Positions 56,160 through 64,000 of a DNA stretch of 64,000 nucleotides are shown one piece after another (the stretch's first letter is position 1; the number at the start of each line of letters is the position of its first letter). The stretch is from a virus. Its lineage: Duplodnaviria > Caudoviricetes. The notes under the pieces were generated by a model. The model saw only the letters and a program-made list of their open reading frames with translations. It did no database searches and was not told the origin of the DNA. The stretch is taken from positions 128,001 to 192,000 of IMG/VR virus record IMGVR_UViG_3300014208_000002, one strand, 5' to 3'. A program made the translations under genes and the position numbers.

Positions 56160-56384
56160 ATGGGATACTTATTTATTGGTCTAGGTATAGGTATTGTAGT
56201 AATGCTACTATCACTACTATTTGCCTATCAAGAAAATTCTGACTGTTTTGATATGGATATAATTCCTATTTTTTTTTGGTTTTATGTGGAAAATTATTCT
56301 TATTCTTATTGTCGTCGGTATGGCTATATTCTTTTTGGCTTTTGGCTTACATGCAATATTAGAAAACTACAAAGGATAAACTAA
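56160..56384 (+). CDS. Small membrane protein
   Basis: RBS GGGAGG, hydrophobic. Confidence 0.6.
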   Translation: MGYLFIGLGIGIVVMLLSLLFAYQENSDCFDMDIIPIFFWFYVENYSYSYCRRYGYILFGFWLTCNIRKLQRIN

Positions 56385-56726
56385 ATGGAAATAGAAGTTA
56401 ATATTGATAGCTTTTCACCTTCCGAATTTGGCTTTGTGGTTTCTACCCCACAAGAACTATGGGATATATTAGTTCGGCGTGACGGGTACTCTAAAATAAA
56501 ATTTGATTATGATAGTGATTATTCAGAATATGGTCCTGGCTCTATTAAAGTATTCGGCATTAGAGAAGAAAATGACAAAGAAAAAGAATATAGACTTGCA
56601 AAAGAAAAGAAAGAAAAAGAAAGAAAGCGAGAATTAAGAAAAATATCTCTTGAACAACAGGAAGCTAAAGAAAGAGCAGAATATGAAAAGCTAAAGAAAA
56701 AATATGGTAAGGAGGAAATAGTATGA
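56385..56726 (+). CDS. Hypothetical protein
   Basis: 113 aa, charged C-terminal helix. Confidence 0.6.
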   Translation: MEIEVNIDSFSPSEFGFVVSTPQELWDILVRRDGYSKIKFDYDSDYSEYGPGSIKVFGIREENDKEKEYRLAKEKKEKERKRELRKISLEQQEAKERAEYEKLKKKYGKEEIV

Positions 56727-57046
56727 GTGTAGATTATGATGGAGTTGGTGGAATAGGTATATCACTAACTGAAGAAAGAATTCAAAAGCTTATTGAGCAT
56801 AATATTTTTACTCAAGAGGAATATAATGATGGTTCCTATGAAGCTATAGAAAAATTAAATCTAATCTATTCTTGTGCCGGGGATTCTTATTGTGAGCAAA
56901 CTTATTTCTATCTTTTTGTGGAAGGGGGAACTCTTAAAGAAGTTATGGATAACTACTTATCATTTACAGACCAATGGGAGAAGCTTTCCGGTGAGAATCT
57001 TTCATTTAATGATCTTATTGTTATTAGTGATATTTATGTCCACTAA
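56723..57046 (+). CDS. Hypothetical protein
   Basis: 107 aa, RBS AAGGAGG. Confidence 0.65.
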   Translation: MSVDYDGVGGIGISLTEERIQKLIEHNIFTQEEYNDGSYEAIEKLNLIYSCAGDSYCEQTYFYLFVEGGTLKEVMDNYLSFTDQWEKLSGENLSFNDLIVISDIYVH

Positions 57047-57071
57047 ACTTTTTAATATAAGGGAGAGATAA

Positions 57072-57284
57072 ATGAAAGAAATACTCTTAAATATATCTTT
57101 ATTATGTATGCTTTTCTCTTTAACTTTATCCGGGGCTATAATGGTAATTAAATATGCCCAAAATAGTAAAACCGAAAGTTCAGAAAGAATTATAGATAAT
57201 TGGAAATATGCTTTTTCTACTTATTCTGTTAAGCCGATTAAGAAGAAAGGAAAGAGAGTACACTATAATTATCCAAGGAGGTAG
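57072..57284 (+). CDS. Small membrane-anchored protein
   Basis: N-terminal hydrophobic segment. Confidence 0.55.
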   Translation: MKEILLNISLLCMLFSLTLSGAIMVIKYAQNSKTESSERIIDNWKYAFSTYSVKPIKKKGKRVHYNYPRR

Positions 57285-57446
57285 ATATGCCTTACTGTAC
57301 AAGTTGCGGAAGAGAAATACCTGAAGGTCAAGGCTCAAGTTGTTCTATGTGCTATGGAGATATGGCGCATGGAACTGATGGTTTTTATGAAGCAGAAATG
57401 CGTAGGGAAGAAGAACGGGAGCAAGAGCCGTATGAAGGAGAAGAAA

Positions 57447-57983
57447 ATGTATAAACCCCCTAGTGAAGAGGCCGTTTCTATTGTAAAAATGATAGAATTC
57501 TCTAATCCTCCAGAATCCGATAAGGAAGTTTTTTTAACTTCAATGGCAATTGCTATAGATACTATTAAAAATAAAGCTATAGAAGAAGAAAGAAACTCAT
57601 GGAGAAATAGACTAGAAGAACTCTTTTTAGAATATAGGGGAATATATAATAAAGATGATGCTTGTAAGTCTTGTCATGGCTCAGGGATAGTATCTTATGG
57701 TAGCACTTCTACTTGGCGAGGAGGCATTGGTGGCTGTGCAATGACTAATGATATATGTGATAAATGCTGGGGAAGCGGATCAATTACCCGTAAAGGTATA
57801 AATTTAAGAGTTTTATTTAATGCACAAAGTCATTATAGAGAGTCCCTAAAACTTTGTATAGCGGCATTGTACGAAGCAGTAGAAATAGCCCCTTTAGACA
57901 GGCTTCCTACAAAAGCTGGAAACGCTATTCAACAAGCACAATATGTTTTAGAGCATTGTTTTAAGGAAGAGGAGGAAAAATAA
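57447..57983 (+). CDS. Protein with DnaJ-type zinc finger
   Basis: CKSCHGSG...CDKCWGSG; start moved to ATG 57447 behind AAGGAG. Confidence 0.65.
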   Translation: MYKPPSEEAVSIVKMIEFSNPPESDKEVFLTSMAIAIDTIKNKAIEEERNSWRNRLEELFLEYRGIYNKDDACKSCHGSGIVSYGSTSTWRGGIGGCAMTNDICDKCWGSGSITRKGINLRVLFNAQSHYRESLKLCIAALYEAVEIAPLDRLPTKAGNAIQQAQYVLEHCFKEEEEK

Positions 57984-57984
57984 T

Positions 57985-58212
57985 ATGGAAATTAACTGGA
58001 TAAATATTAAAGACAGACTCCCAAAAGAAGGACAGAGGGTTATTCTATTTTATGAGGGCGAAGTATGCTATGATTATGTCTTAGTTAAAAACTATGGTAA
58101 GATAAAAAGTAACGATTTTTTTGAACCTTATCACTCTGGATATTCTTGTGTCAGAACGGCAACACACTGGATGCCCATTATAGAGCCTCCAATAATTGAG
58201 GAGAAGTCATGA
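57985..58212 (+). CDS. DUF551-like phage protein
   Basis: WINIKDRLPKEGQRV...THWMPI. Confidence 0.75.
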   Translation: MEINWINIKDRLPKEGQRVILFYEGEVCYDYVLVKNYGKIKSNDFFEPYHSGYSCVRTATHWMPIIEPPIIEEKS

Positions 58213-58250
58213 AAATTGAACTTGAGGTTTCTGATGATGAGGAATAAATC

Positions 58251-58595
58251 ATGAGTATTACAATTTATTTTCCGAAAGACTGGACAGAAGACTTTGATAA
58301 AGAAAATGGCAATTATCAATGTAAATGCCTTGACTGTGGTGAATTATTTATTGGACACAAACGGAGAATACAGTGTAAGGTTTGTGCGGAAAGGCTGGGT
58401 AGAGTAAATACTAAACTTTTTACTCTTGATCCTGATTCTTATAAACAAGGAATTCTGGATGAGCGAAAAAGAATTATTGAAGAGATAGACAAAAGAATTA
58501 TTATAGATATTCATAGCCACAATGAACCAAAAGATGCTATGATATACATAGATGATGATTTTCGGAAGGCAATTAAAGGAGAAGAAGATTTATGA
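58251..58595 (+). CDS. Zinc-finger hypothetical protein
   Basis: ENGNYQCKCLDCGELFIGHKRRIQCKVC. Confidence 0.65.
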   Translation: MSITIYFPKDWTEDFDKENGNYQCKCLDCGELFIGHKRRIQCKVCAERLGRVNTKLFTLDPDSYKQGILDERKRIIEEIDKRIIIDIHSHNEPKDAMIYIDDDFRKAIKGEEDL

Positions 58596-58795
58596 GATTT
58601 TATATTATATACCCCCGAGGAGATCGCTCTAAAATATCGGTTTCCGAAGTTGAAGAATATGAAAAAGACGACTATGCTTTAGCTTCCAGGCATACTTTTA
58701 TTGATGAGAAGGATGCTATAGAGTATGCTAAAATACTTGCGAAAGACAATAACAAAATATATGTAGGTGATGATGAGCCAGATTATTTGGATTAA
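58592..58795 (+). CDS. Hypothetical protein
   Basis: 67 aa, ATGA overlap. Confidence 0.6.
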   Translation: MRFYIIYPRGDRSKISVSEVEEYEKDDYALASRHTFIDEKDAIEYAKILAKDNNKIYVGDDEPDYLD

Positions 58796-58807
58796 AGGAG
58801 AAAGAGC

Positions 58808-59038
58808 ATGGAAATAGACATGAATAAAACTATCCTTGTTTGGCGCTTTGAAGACGCCCCAAAAGAGTATCAAGAATTATCCGATCATGGTGGAGATGAA
58901 GATTGGGTGGCTTTTGTTCCTGAATATATGAAAGATTATTGGATAGGTTGGCTGGAAAGTGGAAGTTATTTTGGATGCGCTAGTGTAAGTGAGCATGAAG
59001 TAGCTGGTGATATTATTCGTATCGGCGCACACGCATAG
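58808..59038 (+). CDS. Hypothetical protein
   Basis: 76 aa, RBS AAGGAG. Confidence 0.65.
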   Translation: MEIDMNKTILVWRFEDAPKEYQELSDHGGDEDWVAFVPEYMKDYWIGWLESGSYFGCASVSEHEVAGDIIRIGAHA

Positions 59039-59236
59039 GAGGAAATAATATGAGTGAAAATCAAGAAAAACCAAATTCAGATAGAACGATACAGAATCTT
59101 GGTTTATGCCCTAAGTGCGGAGGAAATACAAATACCTTTCGGCATCCTGGCGCAAAGGTTTGGTGTGAGTCTTGTGGATTTGTAGTCAGAGAAGAGAAAA
59201 AATTTGGAGTCTGCTAATTATAAAGGAGATAGTAAA

Positions 59237-59425
59237 GTGAAGGAATATGATTGCTCTCATTTAGATAATAGAGATGATCCTCCCTCCATTGAACTTACTA
59301 AAGAGGGTGTTAAAGTTACATTTAGTAATGGATCATATAAAGTAAGTCAATCAGTAGAAAGTATTTTGCTTTTTAAGATATATGAGCGTTTAGCTCCAAA
59401 GGGGGTTATAGGATGTCCTTACTAA
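59237..59425 (+). CDS. Hypothetical protein
   Basis: GTG start behind AAGGAG. Confidence 0.5.
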   Translation: MKEYDCSHLDNRDDPPSIELTKEGVKVTFSNGSYKVSQSVESILLFKIYERLAPKGVIGCPY

Positions 59426-59831
59426 TAATTTTTGGAATTATTTATGGAATATTTTTTATTGGAACTACAATGGGCGATTATTTTATTTCTATAGAAGAAG
59501 GAATAAAACCTCTTCTTAAAAGCATAAGAATAGGACTTATCTGGCCTATTGTTTGGATAATCCGCATCTATATTAAGATAGGATCAATATGAAACTATTA
59601 GACGCCAATAGATACCGGGAAGCATTATTATCCCTTAGTTATGATGATGACTGCTGGTGTGAGTGTGCAATTGATAATCCCATGCTCCAGGGACGGCATA
59701 CAGAGGTGTGTAAAAAAATAAAGGAATTATTTGAAGAGGAGAATAAATAGACAAAAGCGCACATTCTGTCAAATTGACAAAAATCTCTAATATGTCCACT
59801 TTTCATATCAATAATTTAGATAAACTTTCTA

Positions 59832-59860
59832 TTGACAAGCCCCTCTTTCTAGTCTATACT
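59832..59860 (+). promoter_or_regulatory. Near-consensus sigma70 promoter
   Basis: TTGACA-17 bp-TATACT. Confidence 0.88.
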
Positions 59861-59888
59861 TTAGGTAGGAATTGAGAGGGAGGAACAA

Positions 59889-60167
59889 ATGGCTAACGAG
59901 TTGACCATCAATCTGAGGAGCAAGGGAGTTGAACTTCTCCCGGATTCTGACCGCTACAAGTGCCGCTTCACGGTTAGGTCCGAATCTTCTAATAGGCTCT
60001 ATATGGTATCTTTCGACATGGCTCCTGGAGCGGGATACTGGAAATGCTCCTGCCCTGGATGCCTCCGCACGGGTCAGTGTAAACACCTGACGGCTATGGG
60101 GCTGAAGGGGAGACAATACGGGAAAGATTTGAAGACCCTCAAGATTTTGGCTGGAGCTTCAAAATGA
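59889..60167 (+). CDS. SWIM zinc-finger protein
   Basis: YMVSFD...WKCSCPG...CKHL. Confidence 0.8.
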   Translation: MANELTINLRSKGVELLPDSDRYKCRFTVRSESSNRLYMVSFDMAPGAGYWKCSCPGCLRTGQCKHLTAMGLKGRQYGKDLKTLKILAGASK

Positions 60168-60475
60168 CTTCTACCAAAAAAGCTCCGAAGAAAAATCCCT
60201 GGAAAGACGCTCTCTATGGAACCTATGAGGGGGAGAGAGGGAGTTTCAAATCCTGGCAACAGTCTTTTGGTTCCGCTTGGGACGGGCGGACGGCAGAGGA
60301 AATTATTGATACCGATACTCCTTGGGGGATTCTTGGTATTCCGACCGGAAGCGCAATGGAGATAATCAAATCCGCTTTCAGGAAGCTCTCTAAGATTCAT
60401 CATCCTGATATGGGTGGAAATCCTGAGACTTTCAAAAAGATACTTGCGGCATACTACATGGTGAAGGGGAAATAA
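60164..60475 (+). CDS. J-domain (DnaJ-like) protein
   Basis: PWGILGI...IKSAFRKLSKIHHPDMGG...FKKILAAY. Confidence 0.88.
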   Translation: MTSTKKAPKKNPWKDALYGTYEGERGSFKSWQQSFGSAWDGRTAEEIIDTDTPWGILGIPTGSAMEIIKSAFRKLSKIHHPDMGGNPETFKKILAAYYMVKGK

Positions 60476-60476
60476 T

Positions 60477-60773
60477 ATGTCCTATGAAACCTACGATTTT
60501 ATGACTACTACTCCTTCAGAAGAAGATTGTGTTCAGGTTATGACTGGGGAAAATTATCTTCCCGCCATGACCGCAGAGGCAATGCGGATGATTAAGATTT
60601 GTAAGAATAAATGGCCTACTCTGACATGGAGTATCGCCGTTCATGACCATGACTTCGGAAAGTATCTTACTGTTCAATGTGAGTTCGACCCTGATAATGA
60701 AATTCATACAACTCTCCTTCAGCTTATTGAAGAGAATTGGCCGGAAACTTGGGAAGAGGCGGAAACAGTATGA
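60477..60773 (+). CDS. Hypothetical protein
   Basis: 98 aa. Confidence 0.65.
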   Translation: MSYETYDFMTTTPSEEDCVQVMTGENYLPAMTAEAMRMIKICKNKWPTLTWSIAVHDHDFGKYLTVQCEFDPDNEIHTTLLQLIEENWPETWEEAETV

Positions 60774-61318
60774 AATCTGCTCAAGCAAAATTCCAAATAG
60801 GTCTTTCTAAAGAAAGGCTTCAATATATATTTACTGATAAAAATACCCTAAAAGTAAATAATAGCTTTGTATTTTTTAATGGGCAGATAACACCCATTGC
60901 CATATCTTCTGACCAGATTATTTTCAAATGTACTTTTCCTGAATATTCTGAAGAAATCCTTGTGTCTATTCTTTTTAATGATAAAAGTTTTGATTTTCGA
61001 GTTCATGGGTTCCCCGATGATTTTGATATGAGAAGCATAGTAGCAAGAATTCGGGAATTCTCGGACAAGATATTTGGTAGAAGGCTTTCTCTTATAACGA
61101 ATGGGCCTTTAGGACAACCCCCCAGTAACAAAAAAGTTTTTTTACCTTCTATTCATCGTCTACGGGGTAGGCCGAGAAATGCACTCCCAACAATTGTATT
61201 GCCTAAAAGACCAAGAGGAAGACCAAAAAACCCAATTCTAGAGAATCCCTTGCCTAAGCGATCAAGAGGTAGGCCGAGGAAGAACTTAGTTAATATTAAA
61301 GAGGAGAAAACAGTATGA
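60770..61318 (+). CDS. Protein with three AT-hook-like RGRP repeats
   Basis: RLRGRPRN, KRPRGRPK, KRSRGRPRK; start moved to ATG 60770. Confidence 0.7.
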   Translation: MKSAQAKFQIGLSKERLQYIFTDKNTLKVNNSFVFFNGQITPIAISSDQIIFKCTFPEYSEEILVSILFNDKSFDFRVHGFPDDFDMRSIVARIREFSDKIFGRRLSLITNGPLGQPPSNKKVFLPSIHRLRGRPRNALPTIVLPKRPRGRPKNPILENPLPKRSRGRPRKNLVNIKEEKTV

Positions 61319-61512
61319 CCGACGACCGCAGGAAGCTGGTTGAGGCGTTTGAGGCCGCAAGGATAAGGCATCAAGAGTTTCGTCGGCTTGGATGCTATGG
61401 CCAGCAAGTAACGGAATGGATACTTGAATGTGAGCAGTCACTAGGCGAACGAAAGGGAGCACTTGAAGCTCTCCGTGCCTACGACGCCGAGCATCAAGAG
61501 AGGAGCGAATAA
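61315..61512 (+). CDS. Hypothetical protein
   Basis: RBS GAGGAG. Confidence 0.6.
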   Translation: MTDDRRKLVEAFEAARIRHQEFRRLGCYGQQVTEWILECEQSLGERKGALEALRAYDAEHQERSE

Positions 61513-61779
61513 TTGAATTATAAGCATACGCCCGGCCCCTGGTTTAGGGGATACGGAAACTTTATTTACAGGGATGAACGGAAGATTTCCCTTCTTGCTA
61601 CATTTTGTCCCCCCAATGGAGATAGAGGGGAGCTTGAGGAGGCTTTCGCCAATGCTACTCTTTGTTCTGCCGCTCCTGATCTTTTAGAGGTGTGCAAAAT
61701 GGTACACGAAGCGAATAGTTTTTCTAGTATAGATTGGAGAATGCTCGAAAGAGCTATTCAGAAAGCGGAAGGAAATTAA
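61513..61779 (+). CDS. Common phage hypothetical protein
   Basis: KHTPGPW...ANATLCSAAPDLLE. Confidence 0.7.
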   Translation: MNYKHTPGPWFRGYGNFIYRDERKISLLATFCPPNGDRGELEEAFANATLCSAAPDLLEVCKMVHEANSFSSIDWRMLERAIQKAEGN

Positions 61780-61937
61780 AATGGAAATGAAACTTTTTGG
61801 CAGGGCGCTTGTAGTTCGTGGAGAATGTCCTTATTGTGACCACGAAGAGAATTATTCAGGAGACTATTGTTCTACTTATACTTGTTCAAGATGTAAGTCC
61901 GAGTTTAATGTTGAAGAATTTTTAGGGAGGGATTAAA

Positions 61938-62144
61938 ATGAAAACTTACCGTAATGATTTTGACAAGTCATACAAGAGGATGGGAATACTTATTTACTGC
62001 ATCTGGGGAATTGCCATTCTTGGCGTTATTCTTACAATCGTAGGGATTATTTATCTTGGCGGAAAAGTGCTGTCAACCTCCCCGCAGGAAGTAGGACAAT
62101 TCTTCGGAAATATTGTCAACGGGTTTGAAGAAGTACAGAAATAA
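61938..62144 (+). CDS. Small membrane protein
   Basis: One TM segment, RBS GGAGG. Confidence 0.6.
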   Translation: MKTYRNDFDKSYKRMGILIYCIWGIAILGVILTIVGIIYLGGKVLSTSPQEVGQFFGNIVNGFEEVQK

Positions 62145-62157
62145 AGGGAGGAATATT

Positions 62158-62424
62158 ATGGTAACTTTTGACAATCCAATCTTTGAAGAGCTATTCAACG
62201 GGCTTTTCACCGGAGAGAAAGAAAGGGAATTGAAGATTATTTTTTATGAGAACGGTGGTTGTCTTCCTATGATGTATTCTAATGACGATAAGTATATTCC
62301 TAAATATGAGGAGACTATTCAAAAAATGGAAAGAGATATTGCCAAAGCAAAAAAAGCTATGGCACTATTCACCATTATGCGAGAAGCAAAGGTGGACTAT
62401 ACTCCAGAGGAGGAGGAAAAGTAA
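62158..62424 (+). CDS. Hypothetical protein
   Basis: Start moved to ATG 62158 behind GGGAGG. Confidence 0.6.
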   Translation: MVTFDNPIFEELFNGLFTGEKERELKIIFYENGGCLPMMYSNDDKYIPKYEETIQKMERDIAKAKKAMALFTIMREAKVDYTPEEEEK

Positions 62425-62425
62425 A

Positions 62426-62608
62426 ATGGAGAACGAATATTCCCTTAAACCCTGTCCCTTCTGCGGAGGAAGTGCTAAATTAGCATCAGGCCCCTGGACG
62501 ATGAAGTATGTTGTGTGTGAAGTATGTGACGCTGAAGGGCCTTATCTTAAAGGTAAGGATGAAGCAATAGAAGCATGGAATAGTAGAGTTCCTATAGAGG
62601 AGAACTAA
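62426..62608 (+). CDS. Lar-family (restriction alleviation-like) zinc-finger protein
   Basis: LKPCPFCGG...VVCEVCDA...EAIEAWNSR. Confidence 0.8.
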   Translation: MENEYSLKPCPFCGGSAKLASGPWTMKYVVCEVCDAEGPYLKGKDEAIEAWNSRVPIEEN

Positions 62609-62609
62609 A

Positions 62610-62864
62610 ATGACTTTGGATGATTGTAGTCTTTCTGATGAAGACTATGAAAAGAAGTGTAAGAAAGATACTCGGACTATGTGGGAAGTCTGTCGTCAAG
62701 ATGGCGCTCTTATGGCGGTAGATTTCTGGTGTATTCGATATATTAACCTCCCGGTAAGTATTCGCTATACCCTTCTCTACCATCCTCTTAGGTGGTGGGG
62801 ACAGAGTAAGCTAGGGCGGTACTTGACTACTAGGGTTTACAGGAGGAGAACAAATGGCGTATAA
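62610..62864 (+). CDS. Hypothetical protein
   Basis: 84 aa, RBS GAGGAG. Confidence 0.6.
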   Translation: MTLDDCSLSDEDYEKKCKKDTRTMWEVCRQDGALMAVDFWCIRYINLPVSIRYTLLYHPLRWWGQSKLGRYLTTRVYRRRTNGV

Positions 62865-63051
62865 AAGCCGGTGGACCGAATTAAAGAAGGAATTTAATGC
62901 AGGATATAAAGAAGCCGTTAGACTCGGCTTAGACCAGAGAGAAAATTGGACTCCTCTCTATATTTATATCCATGTAAGTAGGCTTTTACTTGGGATGTTT
63001 ATGGGCATACTTCTCTGTTTGCCTATAATAGTTTTATTTATTTTGAATTAA
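62854..63051 (+). CDS. Small membrane protein
   Basis: C-terminal TM segment, RBS AGGAGG. Confidence 0.6.
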   Translation: MAYKSRWTELKKEFNAGYKEAVRLGLDQRENWTPLYIYIHVSRLLLGMFMGILLCLPIIVLFILN

Positions 63052-63209
63052 AGTATGACTAATCAAGAAATATTTTTAATGCAAAAAGCAAATAACTTTG
63101 GTCTACAGGGATATAAGGTTATTGCCTGGATTCCTCCACAATCTGCTGGGGATAATCCAGATGGAACTTTTATTCTTCAAAAGGAAGAAAATAAATAGAA
63201 TAAACTACT

Positions 63210-63239
63210 ATTCCTCTACTAATACTATAGAAGAGGAAT
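63210..63239 (+). promoter_or_regulatory. TACTAATA motif (63217-63224) within an RBS-sequestering hairpin
   Basis: ATTCCTCT (63210-63217) pairs with AGAGGAAT (63232-63239). Confidence 0.6.
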
Positions 63240-63242
63240 GAA

Positions 63243-63938
63243 ATGGGTGTTTATGATAAATTATCTATGGCTTTTGGGAAACAAAAAAGAAAGCTTTTTG
63301 ATTATCAAATTTCTTTGTCTGGCACAGAGGCTAAAGTAGTTTTACTCAAATTAAATAATAATAAATATAAAGATGAAGAAGTAGAGATAGTCAAACATTT
63401 TATCACTGATATGATTATTGATATTCCTGGCGAAATTCCTATAGACAGACTTCGTACAAATGTCCTTGTTCCACGGGCTACAACACAATCTATTTTTTTC
63501 TACGATGTACTTCCTATACAGGTTTTCACAAAGTTTGAAGATAACCTTGAACGAGGCGACATTCTTATTCAAAGAATAACAATGGACAATCTTGAATATT
63601 ATATGGTACTTGAAATTGCTGATACTTTAGGTGATGTTCTTGGACGAAACATAATTTATAAAAAGCATAATGCCGCTCCTTGTACTCAAAACCTTCCGGC
63701 TGAAGTAGAAACAATTTTAAATACCTATAAAGGACTTGATAATAAATCAGATTCAACTTTATTAAATTCAATAAATATAGTAACAACTCAGTATGATCCA
63801 ACAATCACTGGTGAAGCAAATGTTAGTCTTAGCTCTCAAACCTCAAATATTACTACTAATACAATAACGGCAAAAAGTATTCTTTCCGTTGGATTGAATA
63901 GCCAAGATATTGAAATAGAATCTTACCAAATAACATAG
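63243..63938 (+). CDS. Probable structural protein (head-completion/tail, unassigned)
   Basis: 231 aa behind late-type motif; LERGDILIQ segment. Confidence 0.5.
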   Translation: MGVYDKLSMAFGKQKRKLFDYQISLSGTEAKVVLLKLNNNKYKDEEVEIVKHFITDMIIDIPGEIPIDRLRTNVLVPRATTQSIFFYDVLPIQVFTKFEDNLERGDILIQRITMDNLEYYMVLEIADTLGDVLGRNIIYKKHNAAPCTQNLPAEVETILNTYKGLDNKSDSTLLNSINIVTTQYDPTITGEANVSLSSQTSNITTNTITAKSILSVGLNSQDIEIESYQIT

Positions 63939-63949
63939 GAGAACATATT

Positions 63950-64000
63950 ATGGCGGACCTCATTTTCAACAGATTTGTTACTAACCTTGCTACAAAGCAA
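63950..64000 (+). CDS. Partial CDS running off the window end
   Basis: RBS AGGAG, MADLIFNRFVTNLATK. Confidence 0.55.
   Translation, partial: MADLIFNRFVTNLATKQ

Noticed and set aside
59767-59779. Palindrome TGTCAA-A-TTGACA as an operator or back-to-back -35 boxes
   Set aside because: Neither direction has a convincing -10 at 17 bp, and I found no second copy.
59430-59830. Possible tRNA or ncRNA in the ORF-track gap
   Set aside because: No cloverleaf or T-loop signature; the gap contains short ORFs below the track length cut-off.

Overview
A 64-kb segment of a large, AT-rich tailed dsDNA phage with a T4-superfamily-like head module; host not determinable from the sequence. All supported genes but one are on the + strand. 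Contents: (i) replication/recombination genes (family-A-polymerase-like protein, gp32-like SSB, RecU-like resolvase, RecA, class II RNR, HU-like protein, DnaC-like loader, DnaB helicase, Mre11/gp47-like nuclease, UvsY-like protein); (ii) packaging/head genes (TerL, portal, prohead protease-scaffold, repeat-rich decoration-like protein, major capsid, neck-like protein) followed by a block of candidate head-internal proteins; (iii) three DNA methyltransferases, an RNA ligase, four free-standing homing endonucleases and two inteins; (iv) many small hypothetical genes behind near-consensus sigma70 promoters. Best observations: recA is fractured into two genes by a GIY-YIG endonuclease and is apparently rejoined by a naturally split intein with an N-fragment of only 11 aa; a repeated TACTAATA motif behaves like a phage late promoter, sometimes lying in the loop of an RBS-hiding hairpin or 4 nt before a start codon; a family of proteins shares a protease-cleavable (I/L)-x-E leader and includes two ADP-ribosyltransferase-like proteins and a SprT-like protease. 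No tRNA, rRNA, CRISPR array or reverse transcriptase was recognised. All protein assignments are from motif recognition by eye, not database searches.
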